A DNA stretch of 64,000 nt from an uncultured Gemmatimonadales bacterium (GTDB lineage: Bacteria > Actinomycetota > Acidimicrobiia > Spongiisociales > UBA5794), in contig CAXMRC010000135.1 in assembly GCA_964195945.1 (NCBI GenBank), forward strand, positions 16,518 to 80,517. Direction: 5' to 3'. Below the pieces are notes generated by a model. It saw only the letters and a list, made by a program, of their open reading frames with translations, was not told the DNA's origin and did no database searches. Within the stretch, counting starts at the first letter, position 1, and every line of letters starts with the position of its first letter. This document shows positions 37,820 to 46,418 of the stretch, piece after piece. The position numbers and the translations under genes are program-made.

Positions 37820-38008
37820 CTAGGCCTTTTCGACCTTGCCGGCTTTGATGCAAGATGTACACACACGGATGCGCTTGCTGTTGTTGCCGTGACGAACGCG
37901 AACACGCTGAATGTTTGGCAGCCAGCGACGGCTGGAGCGCTTGTGCGAGAAACTGACCTGTTTGCCGAACCACGGCTCTTTGCCGCAGACCTCGCAACGA
38001 TATGACAT
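37820..38008 (-). CDS. rpmB: 50S ribosomal protein L28 (zinc-ribbon C+ form)
   Basis: [25 protein letters not shown]......[14 protein letters not shown] is L28. AGGAGG lies 9 nt upstream. The longer ORF is a run-in. Confidence 0.7.
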   Translation of the reverse strand: MSYRCEVCGKEPWFGKQVSFSHKRSSRRWLPNIQRVRVRHGNNSKRIRVCTSCIKAGKVEKA

Positions 38009-38152
38009 GTCGGGAAAACCTCCTGAGGCGGCCGGGGAGTGTACCAGCGTTTGGCCCCACGCCGGAATGCTGCTGCCAAATCGGGGCGCAACAAACAGAC
38101 CTCGGGGTTGAGATGCTCGGTAACAATACCAAATGCTGATACTTTCTGGGTC

Positions 38153-40333
38153 ATGACAGGCCGTTCTCTCGCTTTTCTTGCAAGCGTCTCCACCGATCTG
38201 GTGAAGGGGATCGGTCCGCGCCGGGTGAAAAAGCTCGACGATGCAGGCATTGGCTCTGTTGCGGACCTGCTGCTTCATGTCCCGCGGCGCTACCTAGATC
38301 GGTCGCAGCTATTTGATCTCTCCGATGTGCCACTCAACGAAGAGGTCACTGTCGGCGGCACTGTGCTCAGCGTGCGGAAGCGGCGTATCTCCAAGAACCG
38401 AACGATGATCGATGCCCAGATCACCGACGGCACCAACGTGATCACCGGGATCTGGTTCAACCCATATCTGAAGATTGCAGAGGGCGCTGAAGTCGCGCTG
38501 TCAGGAAAAGTCGAGAGATTCCGGGGTCGGCTTCAAATGAAGAGCCCTGACATGGATCGGCTTGACGCTGAGGACTCGCTGATAACCGGACGTGTTGTTC
38601 CCATCCATCCAGCCGCAGGGGGGCTGACCTCCTCGCAGATGAGGACCTCGATCAGCAACGCCTTGCAGCGGTCCCGCCCGGTGACCGAAGTCCTCCCGAC
38701 AGTCATGTGTGCCCGCCTTGGCCTGATGAACCGCGACGAGGCGCTGTCATCGATCCACTTCCCCGAGACACGCGAAGAGACCGAAACAGCCCGCCGTCGA
38801 CTTGTGTTCGATGAACTCTTTCGTCTCGAAATTGCGCTGGCGCTACGTAAGAGAAAGCAGATCGACGATGTGACCGGTGTCGAGCACGATGCGGGTGGAA
38901 AGATGGTCGGGGCGTTTGTGGACGCTCTCCCGTATTCCCTGACCGGTGCCCAGACTCGATCGATCAATGAGATCCAGAGCGATATGTCGTCACCGCATCC
39001 GATGCACCGGCTGCTGCAGGGCGAGGTTGGTTCTGGGAAGACCGTCGTCGCTATTGCCGGTCTGTTGACTGGTGTGCAGAGCGGATATCAAGGAGCGGTG
39101 ATGGCGCCAACCGAGGTGCTTGCTGAGCAGCACTACCTCGGGATTCGTGATCTTCTAAAGGAAGCTGCGCTGGGTGCACCCGAAAGAGATCCGGTCGGTG
39201 ATGCGGGTACGGGGAGTCTTTTTGCACCCGATGCCGACCACAGTGCCAGCGTCAAGATGGCGTTGTTGACTTCCAACAATGCCGAGGTCAACTTCCTGCC
39301 TGCAGGTTCGGCCAAGCGGGCGGATGTCATCGCCTGGATTGCTGCAGGTGATGTAGACCTGGTCGTCGGAACCCACTCCCTCATCCAAGAAGGTCTCACC
39401 TTCGCCAGGTTGGGCGTCGCCGTTGTCGATGAACAGCATCGCTTCGGTGTGTATCAGAGGATTCAGCTTCGCGACAAAGCCAAGGACTATGACCCCGATC
39501 TGTTGATCATGACTGCCACTCCCATCCCGCGAACTCTGGCGATGACGTTGTACGGAGACCTCGACGTTTCGGTACTTGACGAGATGCCGCCGGGCCGGAT
39601 TCCGGTGCGGACGATTCACAAGCCAAAACAAGCTTTGGCGTTGAATGACGTCTACGACCTGGTGCGATCCGAAACCGCGTCCGGGCGTCAGGTATTTGTC
39701 GTGTGCCCGCTGGTCGAAGACAGCGACAATTTAGAGGCGGCATCGGCGACCGCAGAATTCGAGCGGCTGCAGGACCTATTCCCCCATCTCAACCTTGGCC
39801 TCATCCACGGTCAGCTTCGGCCAGCGGACAAGGATGGAGTCATGCATCGTTTCCGCGCCAGGGAGATAGATGTTCTGGTGGCGACGACAGTCATCGAAGT
39901 CGGTATCGACATCCCCAATGCGACTGTGATGATTATTGAAGACGCCGACCGCTTCGGACTCAGCCAGTTACACCAGTTGCGAGGTCGGGTCGGTCGAGGT
40001 GAACACGCATCTACCTGTGTGCTTATCGCAGATCCGACTACCGCTGAAGGAGAGGAGCGGATCGCCGCGATGGTCGCGACGAACGATGGTTTTCGTCTCG
40101 CCGAGGAGGATCTGCGGATCAGGGGACAGGGAACGGTGTTCGGTGCCAAACAAGCCGGGACCAAAGATCTGAAGATGGCCGACATCTTGCGCGATGCCAA
40201 GCTTCTCATCAAGGCGCGTGACGAGGCGTTCGCTCTTGTTGCCGGCGACCCCAATCTCGATGATCATCCCCTCATCAAAGATGAGGTGATCGCGCTGCTT
40301 GGTGAAGATGTTGAATGGTTGTTCCGGTCATGA
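38153..40333 (+). CDS. recG: ATP-dependent DNA helicase RecG
   Basis: A wedge domain precedes Walker A GEVGSGKT and a DEQHRFG motif. The length is ~727 aa from the ATG at 38153. Confidence 0.9.
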   Translation: MTGRSLAFLASVSTDLVKGIGPRRVKKLDDAGIGSVADLLLHVPRRYLDRSQLFDLSDVPLNEEVTVGGTVLSVRKRRISKNRTMIDAQITDGTNVITGIWFNPYLKIAEGAEVALSGKVERFRGRLQMKSPDMDRLDAEDSLITGRVVPIHPAAGGLTSSQMRTSISNALQRSRPVTEVLPTVMCARLGLMNRDEALSSIHFPETREETETARRRLVFDELFRLEIALALRKRKQIDDVTGVEHDAGGKMVGAFVDALPYSLTGAQTRSINEIQSDMSSPHPMHRLLQGEVGSGKTVVAIAGLLTGVQSGYQGAVMAPTEVLAEQHYLGIRDLLKEAALGAPERDPVGDAGTGSLFAPDADHSASVKMALLTSNNAEVNFLPAGSAKRADVIAWIAAGDVDLVVGTHSLIQEGLTFARLGVAVVDEQHRFGVYQRIQLRDKAKDYDPDLLIMTATPIPRTLAMTLYGDLDVSVLDEMPPGRIPVRTIHKPKQALALNDVYDLVRSETASGRQVFVVCPLVEDSDNLEAASATAEFERLQDLFPHLNLGLIHGQLRPADKDGVMHRFRAREIDVLVATTVIEVGIDIPNATVMIIEDADRFGLSQLHQLRGRVGRGEHASTCVLIADPTTAEGEERIAAMVATNDGFRLAEEDLRIRGQGTVFGAKQAGTKDLKMADILRDAKLLIKARDEAFALVAGDPNLDDHPLIKDEVIALLGEDVEWLFRS

Positions 40334-40872
40334 GGATCATTTCTGGTATCGCCCGCAGTCGTCGTCTGGTCGCTCCTCCAGGACAGACGACTCGTCCCAT
40401 GACCGACCGCGTGCGTGAGTCGTTGTTCTCGTCGATCGCCGTTTGGATCTCCGGTGCTGTGGTCTTTGATCTCTACGCCGGCACCGGATCGATGGGTCTG
40501 GAGGCTCTGAGTCGGGGGGCGTCCGATGTAACGTTCGTCGAGCGCGATCGGAATGCCCTCACCGCGCTGCAAACGAATATGGAAACGGTTGGCCTCGGTG
40601 GTCGGGTCGTGACGGGTGATGTCGACCGATTTCTGGAGAGAGCGACGGGGCCGGTTGACGTGGCATTCGTTGACCCCCCGTATGCGGTAGCGCTACCGTC
40701 GCTTGTGGAGACGATGACAAAACTGTCTCCGTTGTTGGCGCATGACGGAATAGCGATCGTGCACAGGCGTTCTGGGGAGGAGCCGCCAGCCTCGATTGCC
40801 GTTCTTGTTCTTGTAGACGAGCGGAAATACGGAAGCGCCGTTCTGTGGCGTTACGCAAAGGAGCAAACGTGA
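40330..40872 (+). CDS. rsmD: 16S rRNA (guanine966-N2)-methyltransferase RsmD
   Basis: MRIISG..R.L..P.G..TRP..D..RE.LF and DLYAGTG are present. It overlaps the recG stop (ATGA). Confidence 0.8.
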   Translation: MRIISGIARSRRLVAPPGQTTRPMTDRVRESLFSSIAVWISGAVVFDLYAGTGSMGLEALSRGASDVTFVERDRNALTALQTNMETVGLGGRVVTGDVDRFLERATGPVDVAFVDPPYAVALPSLVETMTKLSPLLAHDGIAIVHRRSGEEPPASIAVLVLVDERKYGSAVLWRYAKEQT

Positions 40873-41348
40873 TAGCGGCGTTGGTACCGGGGAGCTTCGA
40901 TCCCCCGACAAACGGCCATCTCGACGTCATCGAGCGATGTGCCGGTCTGTTCGATACTGTTCTCGTTGCGGTGATTCGCAACCCGAAGAAAGCTCCGATG
41001 TTTACGAGCGAGGAGCGGATCGAAATGCTGACCGCATGCACCTCGGAATGGAAGAACGTCGAGATCGGCAGCTTCTCCGGCCTGCTTGTTGACTACGCCG
41101 AGCAGGAGAACATCGACGTTATCGTCAAAGGTCTTCGGGCCATGACAGACTTCGACTACGAGTTCCAAATGTCGCAGATGAACAGGCACTTGTCGGGGAT
41201 TGTGACACTTTTTGTCGCAACCAAGGCAGAATACGGGTACTTGTCGTCGTCGCTGGTGAAACAGGTTGCGGGACTTGGCGGTGCCATTGACAAGCTCGTA
41301 CCGTCGCTGGTCGCCGCAGCAATAGAAGAACGGGTCTCGCATGACTGA
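40869..41348 (+). CDS. coaD: Phosphopantetheine adenylyltransferase
   Basis: PGSFDPPTNGH is the nucleotidyltransferase motif. The GTG start follows AAGGAG and overlaps the rsmD stop (GTGA). Confidence 0.85.
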   Translation: MIAALVPGSFDPPTNGHLDVIERCAGLFDTVLVAVIRNPKKAPMFTSEERIEMLTACTSEWKNVEIGSFSGLLVDYAEQENIDVIVKGLRAMTDFDYEFQMSQMNRHLSGIVTLFVATKAEYGYLSSSLVKQVAGLGGAIDKLVPSLVAAAIEERVSHD

Positions 41349-41922
41349 CCATTCACAACAGGATCCACCCCCGATTCCCGGCCATGTGCTTGATCTTGTA
41401 GAGCAAACACAAGCCGACAGCCGAGCCGCCCTCGACCAGCTGATCCTCGAGGTCGAGGCTGCCAAAAATGTCCCCCTCTCTAACAGCGTGATGCTGCCGC
41501 GTGAAGAATTCATCGAGAGGATGCGGTCGATTCGCTCCACAGTCGATCGCTTGCTCGGCGAAGCGGTTGACGGGCTGCCCGAAGAGCTGCGAGCTGCACG
41601 GTGGATGGTGCGGGAGCGTGAGGCGTATATCGCACGAACCAATGAAAGCGCACGTGACATGTTGGTGAAGGCCAAGGAGCGGAGTGAGGAACTGGTCTCG
41701 GAGAGCTATATCGTCAGCGAGGCCGTTGCCGAAGCCAACACTCTCGTACGCCATTCGGAGAAGGAAGCGGAGCGGATCCGTCTCGAGGCGGAGGACGGTG
41801 CAGAACGTTCGTTGTCCGAGGCTGAAGCGGTACTTGGCGAGCTGCTGCGATACGTACACGAGTCTCGCGCTGCCCTTCACGAGCCGCTGCCGCCTGCCGA
41901 CGACGTCCCGATCTCTCGGTAA
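41341..41922 (+). CDS. Hypothetical coiled-coil protein
   Basis: 193 aa, Glu/Ala/Arg-rich, predicted helical. No motif recognised. It is in an operon with coaD and yceD. Confidence 0.4.
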   Translation: MTDHSQQDPPPIPGHVLDLVEQTQADSRAALDQLILEVEAAKNVPLSNSVMLPREEFIERMRSIRSTVDRLLGEAVDGLPEELRAARWMVREREAYIARTNESARDMLVKAKERSEELVSESYIVSEAVAEANTLVRHSEKEAERIRLEAEDGAERSLSEAEAVLGELLRYVHESRAALHEPLPPADDVPISR

Positions 41923-41931
41923 CCTGCCGGT

Positions 41932-42435
41932 ATGAACAGTCCTTTTGCTTTCCATGTCGAGGATCTGCGCTCCGGCAGAAGCGAACCGCGCGACATCACG
42001 GCTGAAGTGTCAGTCGATTGGCAGCTCGAGCTCTCCCAGGTGCTCCCGGAACCTCCGCTTCGGATCTCGTTCCAGATGTCAGCGATCGGGGGAGGCATCG
42101 CGATTCTTGGTGATATCGAGGCGACCATCACACATCGATGCCATCGCTGTCTCAAAGAATGGGACGAGCTTGTCGTTCGAAATGTCGCTCAGATGATCAC
42201 GACCGATGGTGACGAGGACGACGACTACCGGCTGGAAGATGAGACTTACGACTTCGAAGTGATGGTTCGTGATGAGCTAATGCTGGGCCTTCCGATGGCC
42301 CCATTGTGCACTCCCGATTGCGAGGGACTTGTTGCGGAGGCCGGAACCGGCTTGAATACAGACCTCTCCGAAGACGAGGCCAACGAAAGTTCGCCCTTTT
42401 CGGTTCTCAAAGATCTGTTGGATACAGGGGAATAG
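41932..42435 (+). CDS. yceD: YceD/DUF177 protein (large-subunit ribosome-associated; partners rpmF)
   Basis: It has the conserved CHRCLKEW and C..C pair and sits immediately upstream of rpmF, as is usual. Confidence 0.7.
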   Translation: MNSPFAFHVEDLRSGRSEPRDITAEVSVDWQLELSQVLPEPPLRISFQMSAIGGGIAILGDIEATITHRCHRCLKEWDELVVRNVAQMITTDGDEDDDYRLEDETYDFEVMVRDELMLGLPMAPLCTPDCEGLVAEAGTGLNTDLSEDEANESSPFSVLKDLLDTGE

Positions 42436-42464
42436 CCCCTGCCGAACACAGGGGAATAGTCCCC
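42425..42464 (+). repeat. Two tandem GGGG-AATAG-CCCC hairpins (caggggaatag[c/t]cccc x2) spanning the yceD stop, upstream of rpmF
   Basis: The direct repeat of a 15-16-nt palindromic unit is seen directly. Confidence 0.6.
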
Positions 42465-42478
42465 AAGAAGAGGCTCCC

Positions 42479-42655
42479 ATGGCGGTCCCAAAGAAGAAGA
42501 TGTCGCGCTCCCGGACCAGGCGGCGCAAGGCTGGTTGGAAGGTCAGTGCACCAGCAACAGTCGCTTGTCAGCGCTGTGGCGAGCAACACCTCCCGCACCG
42601 CCTTTGCACCAACTGCGGTACATACGACGGGCGCGAAGTCGTCGACGTAAGCTAG
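42479..42655 (+). CDS. rpmF: 50S ribosomal protein L32
   Basis: MAVPKKKMSRSRTRRRKAGWK...CQRCGEQHLPHRLCTNCGTY. It is 58 aa, below the ORF-track cutoff, so I translated it by hand. Confidence 0.8.
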   Translation: MAVPKKKMSRSRTRRRKAGWKVSAPATVACQRCGEQHLPHRLCTNCGTYDGREVVDVS

Positions 42656-42658
42656 CGA

Positions 42659-43642
42659 ATGTCCACCATTGCCATTGATGCCATGGGCGGCGACAACGCT
42701 CCTACGGCGATCGTGCATGGTGCCATCGACGCATCTCGCCGTGGCCACCACGTTGTATTGGTTGGCGATCAAGCGCGTATCCAACCGATCCTCGCTGCTG
42801 AAGGTGTTGACCTCCCGATAGTCCACGCTTCTGAGACCATTGGCATGTCGGATGATCCGACGACGGCCATTCGGGAAAAGCGTGATGCATCCATCTCGGT
42901 TGCCGCACGGCTGGTGAAGTCCGGTGACGTCGATGGATTGATTTCAGCAGGTTCGACCGGTGCCGCGATGGCGGCCGCGGTATTCATGATTGGGCGTCTC
43001 CCCGGTGTATCTCGTCCTGCGATCGCCTCCTATTTTCCCTCAGGATCTGTCGTCCTCGACATGGGGGCAAATCTTTCGTGCCGTCCTACTGATCTCGCCC
43101 AATTTGCAGTGATGGGTGCCGCTCTGGCGAGGGCTCACTACGGCGTCGAGAAACCGACCGTTGGGTTGCTGAACATCGGCGGCGAGGCAGGGAAGGGACG
43201 CTCTTTGGAACGAGAGGCGTACAAGCTTCTCGAAGCGCTTCCGCACGTCGATTTTGTGGGAAATGTCGAAGGAACTGATCTTGCCCTAGCCAGGTCTAAC
43301 GTCATTGTTTGCGACGGCTATTCCGGCAATATCCTCATAAAGACGGCAGAGGGCGCCGCCAAGATGGTGTTTGGCTTCATGATGGAGGCCGTTGCAGCTC
43401 CGGAGTACGCTGAGGCACTGCAAACCCTTGCCCCGGCCGTTGCCGAGCTTTCTGAGAGGCTCAACCCCGAGCGACACGGTGGCGCGCATCTGCTCGGTGT
43501 CAATGGAGTCGTGGTGCTTACCCATGGTTCTTCGGAGCGACTTTCGATTTCAACTGCTGTTGATACCGCCGTCGAGGCCGTTGATGGCCGTGTCCCCGAA
43601 ATGATCGCCGCAGGTCTCGCCGAGAGCGCAGGTGTGTTGTGA
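42659..43642 (+). CDS. plsX: Phosphate acyltransferase PlsX
   Basis: IAIDAMGGDNAP is the N-terminal signature. Confidence 0.85.
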   Translation: MSTIAIDAMGGDNAPTAIVHGAIDASRRGHHVVLVGDQARIQPILAAEGVDLPIVHASETIGMSDDPTTAIREKRDASISVAARLVKSGDVDGLISAGSTGAAMAAAVFMIGRLPGVSRPAIASYFPSGSVVLDMGANLSCRPTDLAQFAVMGAALARAHYGVEKPTVGLLNIGGEAGKGRSLEREAYKLLEALPHVDFVGNVEGTDLALARSNVIVCDGYSGNILIKTAEGAAKMVFGFMMEAVAAPEYAEALQTLAPAVAELSERLNPERHGGAHLLGVNGVVVLTHGSSERLSISTAVDTAVEAVDGRVPEMIAAGLAESAGVL

Positions 43643-44313
43643 GTTCAGGCGTTGGAGCGGCTCTCGGCTACGACTTCAAATCGGCAGAACTGGCGGATCT
43701 TGCACTCACCCATCGGTCGTATGCAGCGGAGCACAATCTCAATGTTTCCTACGAACGCCTCGAGTTTCTTGGCGACGCGGTTCTGCAACTGGCGGTCACC
43801 CGTCACTTGTATGACACCTATGAGCACCTTGCCGAGGGCGAACTGGCAAAGGTGCGTGCCGCAGTAGTGAACCAAAAAGCGCTCGCCACGGTTGCGCGGC
43901 AACTGGGTATCGGCGATCACGTTTTGCTGGGAGAGGGCGAAGAGCGGTCAGGGGGTCGAGATAAGGATTCGATACTTGCCGACGTGGTCGAGGCTTTGTT
44001 GGGGGCAATCTATCTGGACGGCGGCTATGAGCCGGCATCTGATCTTGTTCTGAAGCTATTGGTTCCGCTCATGGGCGAGCGAGCAGTGTCCCCCGGCAAA
44101 CTCGACTTCAAGACCCGTTTGCAAGAGGTTTTGGCGCAGCGCGGGCTTCTGCCCGGCTATGTCATAAGTGAATCGGGCCCGGACCACGCCAAGGTCTTCA
44201 CTGCAGAGTTGTGGGTCGATGGCGAACTTGTTGGCACGGGGAATGGCAGCTCCAAGAAGCGGGCTGAGCAGTCGGCGGCGCACAGTGCAGCTTCCACCCT
44301 CTTCGACGCCTAG
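43639..44313 (+). CDS. rnc: Ribonuclease III
   Basis: ERLEFLGDAVL is the RNase III signature. A C-terminal dsRBD follows. Confidence 0.85.
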   Translation: MSSGVGAALGYDFKSAELADLALTHRSYAAEHNLNVSYERLEFLGDAVLQLAVTRHLYDTYEHLAEGELAKVRAAVVNQKALATVARQLGIGDHVLLGEGEERSGGRDKDSILADVVEALLGAIYLDGGYEPASDLVLKLLVPLMGERAVSPGKLDFKTRLQEVLAQRGLLPGYVISESGPDHAKVFTAELWVDGELVGTGNGSSKKRAEQSAAHSAASTLFDA

Positions 44314-44315
44314 CT

Positions 44316-45146
44316 GTGCCCGAGCTTCCCGAGGTCGAGACAACGCGGCGTAGCCTAGAACCAGTGCTTGCCGCCGCGGTGATCGCTGAGGTTGTAGTTG
44401 CCAGACCACGAATGTTGCGACGGCAAGCCAATCCGACGGACTTTGCGAGAAGATTGGTCGGGCAGCCGATCATTTCCGTCGGCAGACACGGCAAGTTTCT
44501 GATGACAACTCTTGCAAACGACATCATCTGGGTGACCCACCTTGGCATGTCGGGACGGATCAGTCTTGTGCCAACGGAAGACTCCATCGTCGCTCACTCC
44601 AATGTGATTGTGTCGCTGGACTCGGGCGTCGACTTCCGATTGGTCGATCCGCGGACGTTTGGCTTCGTTGCTGCCCTCACCAGCGATGAGCTGGCGGCAT
44701 CGTCCCTGGGGAGGCTTGGTCGCGATGCACTCAACGATCTGCCGACGACCAGGCAATTGATGGGGCTCCTTGCGGCGAGACAGGCGCCAATGAAGGCGCT
44801 GCTACTCGACCAGAGCATCGTTGCAGGCATCGGCAACATCTATGCCGACGAATCGCTGCACCGCGCCGCGATCTCGCCGCTACGTGCTGGTGGCTCGCTT
44901 TCCCAAAACGAAGTGGCAGCCCTACGCCAAGCGATTAGGGCCACGTTGCAGCACGCTCTCAAGTGGGGGGGAACCTCCCTCGATGACCTCGCCTACCTAC
45001 TTCCGGACGGCCGAACGGGCGACTACACCAGACGGCTGCGCGCCTACGGGCGTGCGGGGAAGCACTGTCGGCGGTGCGGCGGCGAGATGGTGAAGAACGT
45101 CATTCGTGGTCGCAGCTCTACCTGGTGTCCCGGCTGCCAGCAGTAG
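44316..45146 (+). CDS. mutM: Formamidopyrimidine-DNA glycosylase
   Basis: The N-terminus MPELPEVE is followed by a C-terminal zinc finger CRRCG..(16)..CPGCQ. Confidence 0.85.
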   Translation: MPELPEVETTRRSLEPVLAAAVIAEVVVARPRMLRRQANPTDFARRLVGQPIISVGRHGKFLMTTLANDIIWVTHLGMSGRISLVPTEDSIVAHSNVIVSLDSGVDFRLVDPRTFGFVAALTSDELAASSLGRLGRDALNDLPTTRQLMGLLAARQAPMKALLLDQSIVAGIGNIYADESLHRAAISPLRAGGSLSQNEVAALRQAIRATLQHALKWGGTSLDDLAYLLPDGRTGDYTRRLRAYGRAGKHCRRCGGEMVKNVIRGRSSTWCPGCQQ

Positions 45147-45189
45147 CGTCGCCCTTCTCAACAGCGATGAAGATTCGTATCCTGGAGTC

Positions 45190-46353
45190 ATGACAACTGT
45201 CTACCAGCACGCCGCGGTTGCCGACGGTGCCAGCCCTGACCTTCTGCTCGACCAATCGGTATTGGTCTCCAACAACCAGATTGTTTGGATGGGAAACGAC
45301 GACGCTATCCCCGAGGGAAGCAGCGACGCCTACGTCGTCGATGCGGGTGGGGCCACAATCGTCCCCGGAATGGTTGATGCGCACAGCCACACGGTGCTGC
45401 CGGGTGGCTCACACTGGATCAAACGAATTGATGACTCCACTGAAGATTTGTTGGCCGTTGCGGAGGAAAATGGTGAGATCGCACATCGTGCCGGGACCCG
45501 CTGGTTTCGCGATGTCGGGTCGCCACCGCGCGACGGCAAAGCATTGGCGCTTCGGGTTCGGGATTCCTGGGAAGGCCGCCACGATCGACCGTATGTCAGA
45601 GCGGCCGGAGCGTGGATATCGAAGTCGGGCGTGCTCCCGTCAACGATTGACGTCGAAGCCAATGACGCCGATGAACTGGTGGCCGCTGTTAAGCAGCAAC
45701 TCGACGACGGAGCCGACCTCATCAAACTGTATCTCGATGGTCCGGATCCAGACACCGCACCGTGGACCGTCAACGAAGTAGCGCGGGCAGTGGCCGCGGC
45801 ACAAGCCCAACACGTAACCGTGACCGCGCATGCGACTCGGCTTTCCGGTGCTCGTGCTGGTGTGCTTGGCGGCGTTGATTGCATTGAGCACGGGAGTCAG
45901 TTGGATGCGGAACTCGCCGGCGAGATGGCCACCAGGGGCACATTCTTGGTGCCGACTCTCGGAGTCCTTGCGTCGTGGGAGACGTTTGCCGCAACCACCA
46001 CTCTCGATCGGTTTACCGGTTCCGAAGGTAAAGCGGCATTGGCTCTTCGCAAGGAAATCGCTTTCGAAAGCGTCAACCACGCCAGACGGGCCGGCGTTCG
46101 CATCGCCGCAGGCACTGACTTTGGCGGAGGGTCGCTGCGCGCAAATCAGATGGCATGGGAGGTCGAGTGTCTTGTGGCGGCCGGGCTGGAGCCCTGGCAG
46201 GCTCTTGGTGCCGCGACTTGGATGGGTGGTGAGCTTCTCCGCGAACCGAGCGCAGGGAAGCTGAGTGTTGGCGGCCGCGCCGACTTCTTCCTCATACATG
46301 GCAACCCCCTCGATGACCCGTCTGCTCTGTGGCGGGTGTGGAAAGTCGGGTAG
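45190..46353 (+). CDS. Amidohydrolase-family metal-dependent hydrolase
   Basis: PGMVDAHSH is the metal-binding motif. GGAG lies 3 nt before the ATG at 45190. Confidence 0.6.
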   Translation: MTTVYQHAAVADGASPDLLLDQSVLVSNNQIVWMGNDDAIPEGSSDAYVVDAGGATIVPGMVDAHSHTVLPGGSHWIKRIDDSTEDLLAVAEENGEIAHRAGTRWFRDVGSPPRDGKALALRVRDSWEGRHDRPYVRAAGAWISKSGVLPSTIDVEANDADELVAAVKQQLDDGADLIKLYLDGPDPDTAPWTVNEVARAVAAAQAQHVTVTAHATRLSGARAGVLGGVDCIEHGSQLDAELAGEMATRGTFLVPTLGVLASWETFAATTTLDRFTGSEGKAALALRKEIAFESVNHARRAGVRIAAGTDFGGGSLRANQMAWEVECLVAAGLEPWQALGAATWMGGELLREPSAGKLSVGGRADFFLIHGNPLDDPSALWRVWKVG

Positions 46354-46380
46354 CCGAACGGCTCGCGGAACCTTTTGGAA

Positions 46381-46394
46381 TCACATTGATGTGA
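46381..46394. promoter_or_regulatory. Perfect 14-bp palindrome TCACATTGATGTGA ~25 nt upstream of the smc GTG start
   Basis: Seen directly. It lies in a short AT-richer leader. Confidence 0.3.
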
Positions 46395-46418
46395 TTTGGT
46401 TGGTAAACTCACGAAACC

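Noticed and set aside
37590-37823. A plus-strand 77-aa ORF overlapping the cold-shock-like gene
   Set aside because: It is the exact antisense of the minus-strand ORF, which has an SD and follows rpmB in operon fashion. The plus ORF has no start context.
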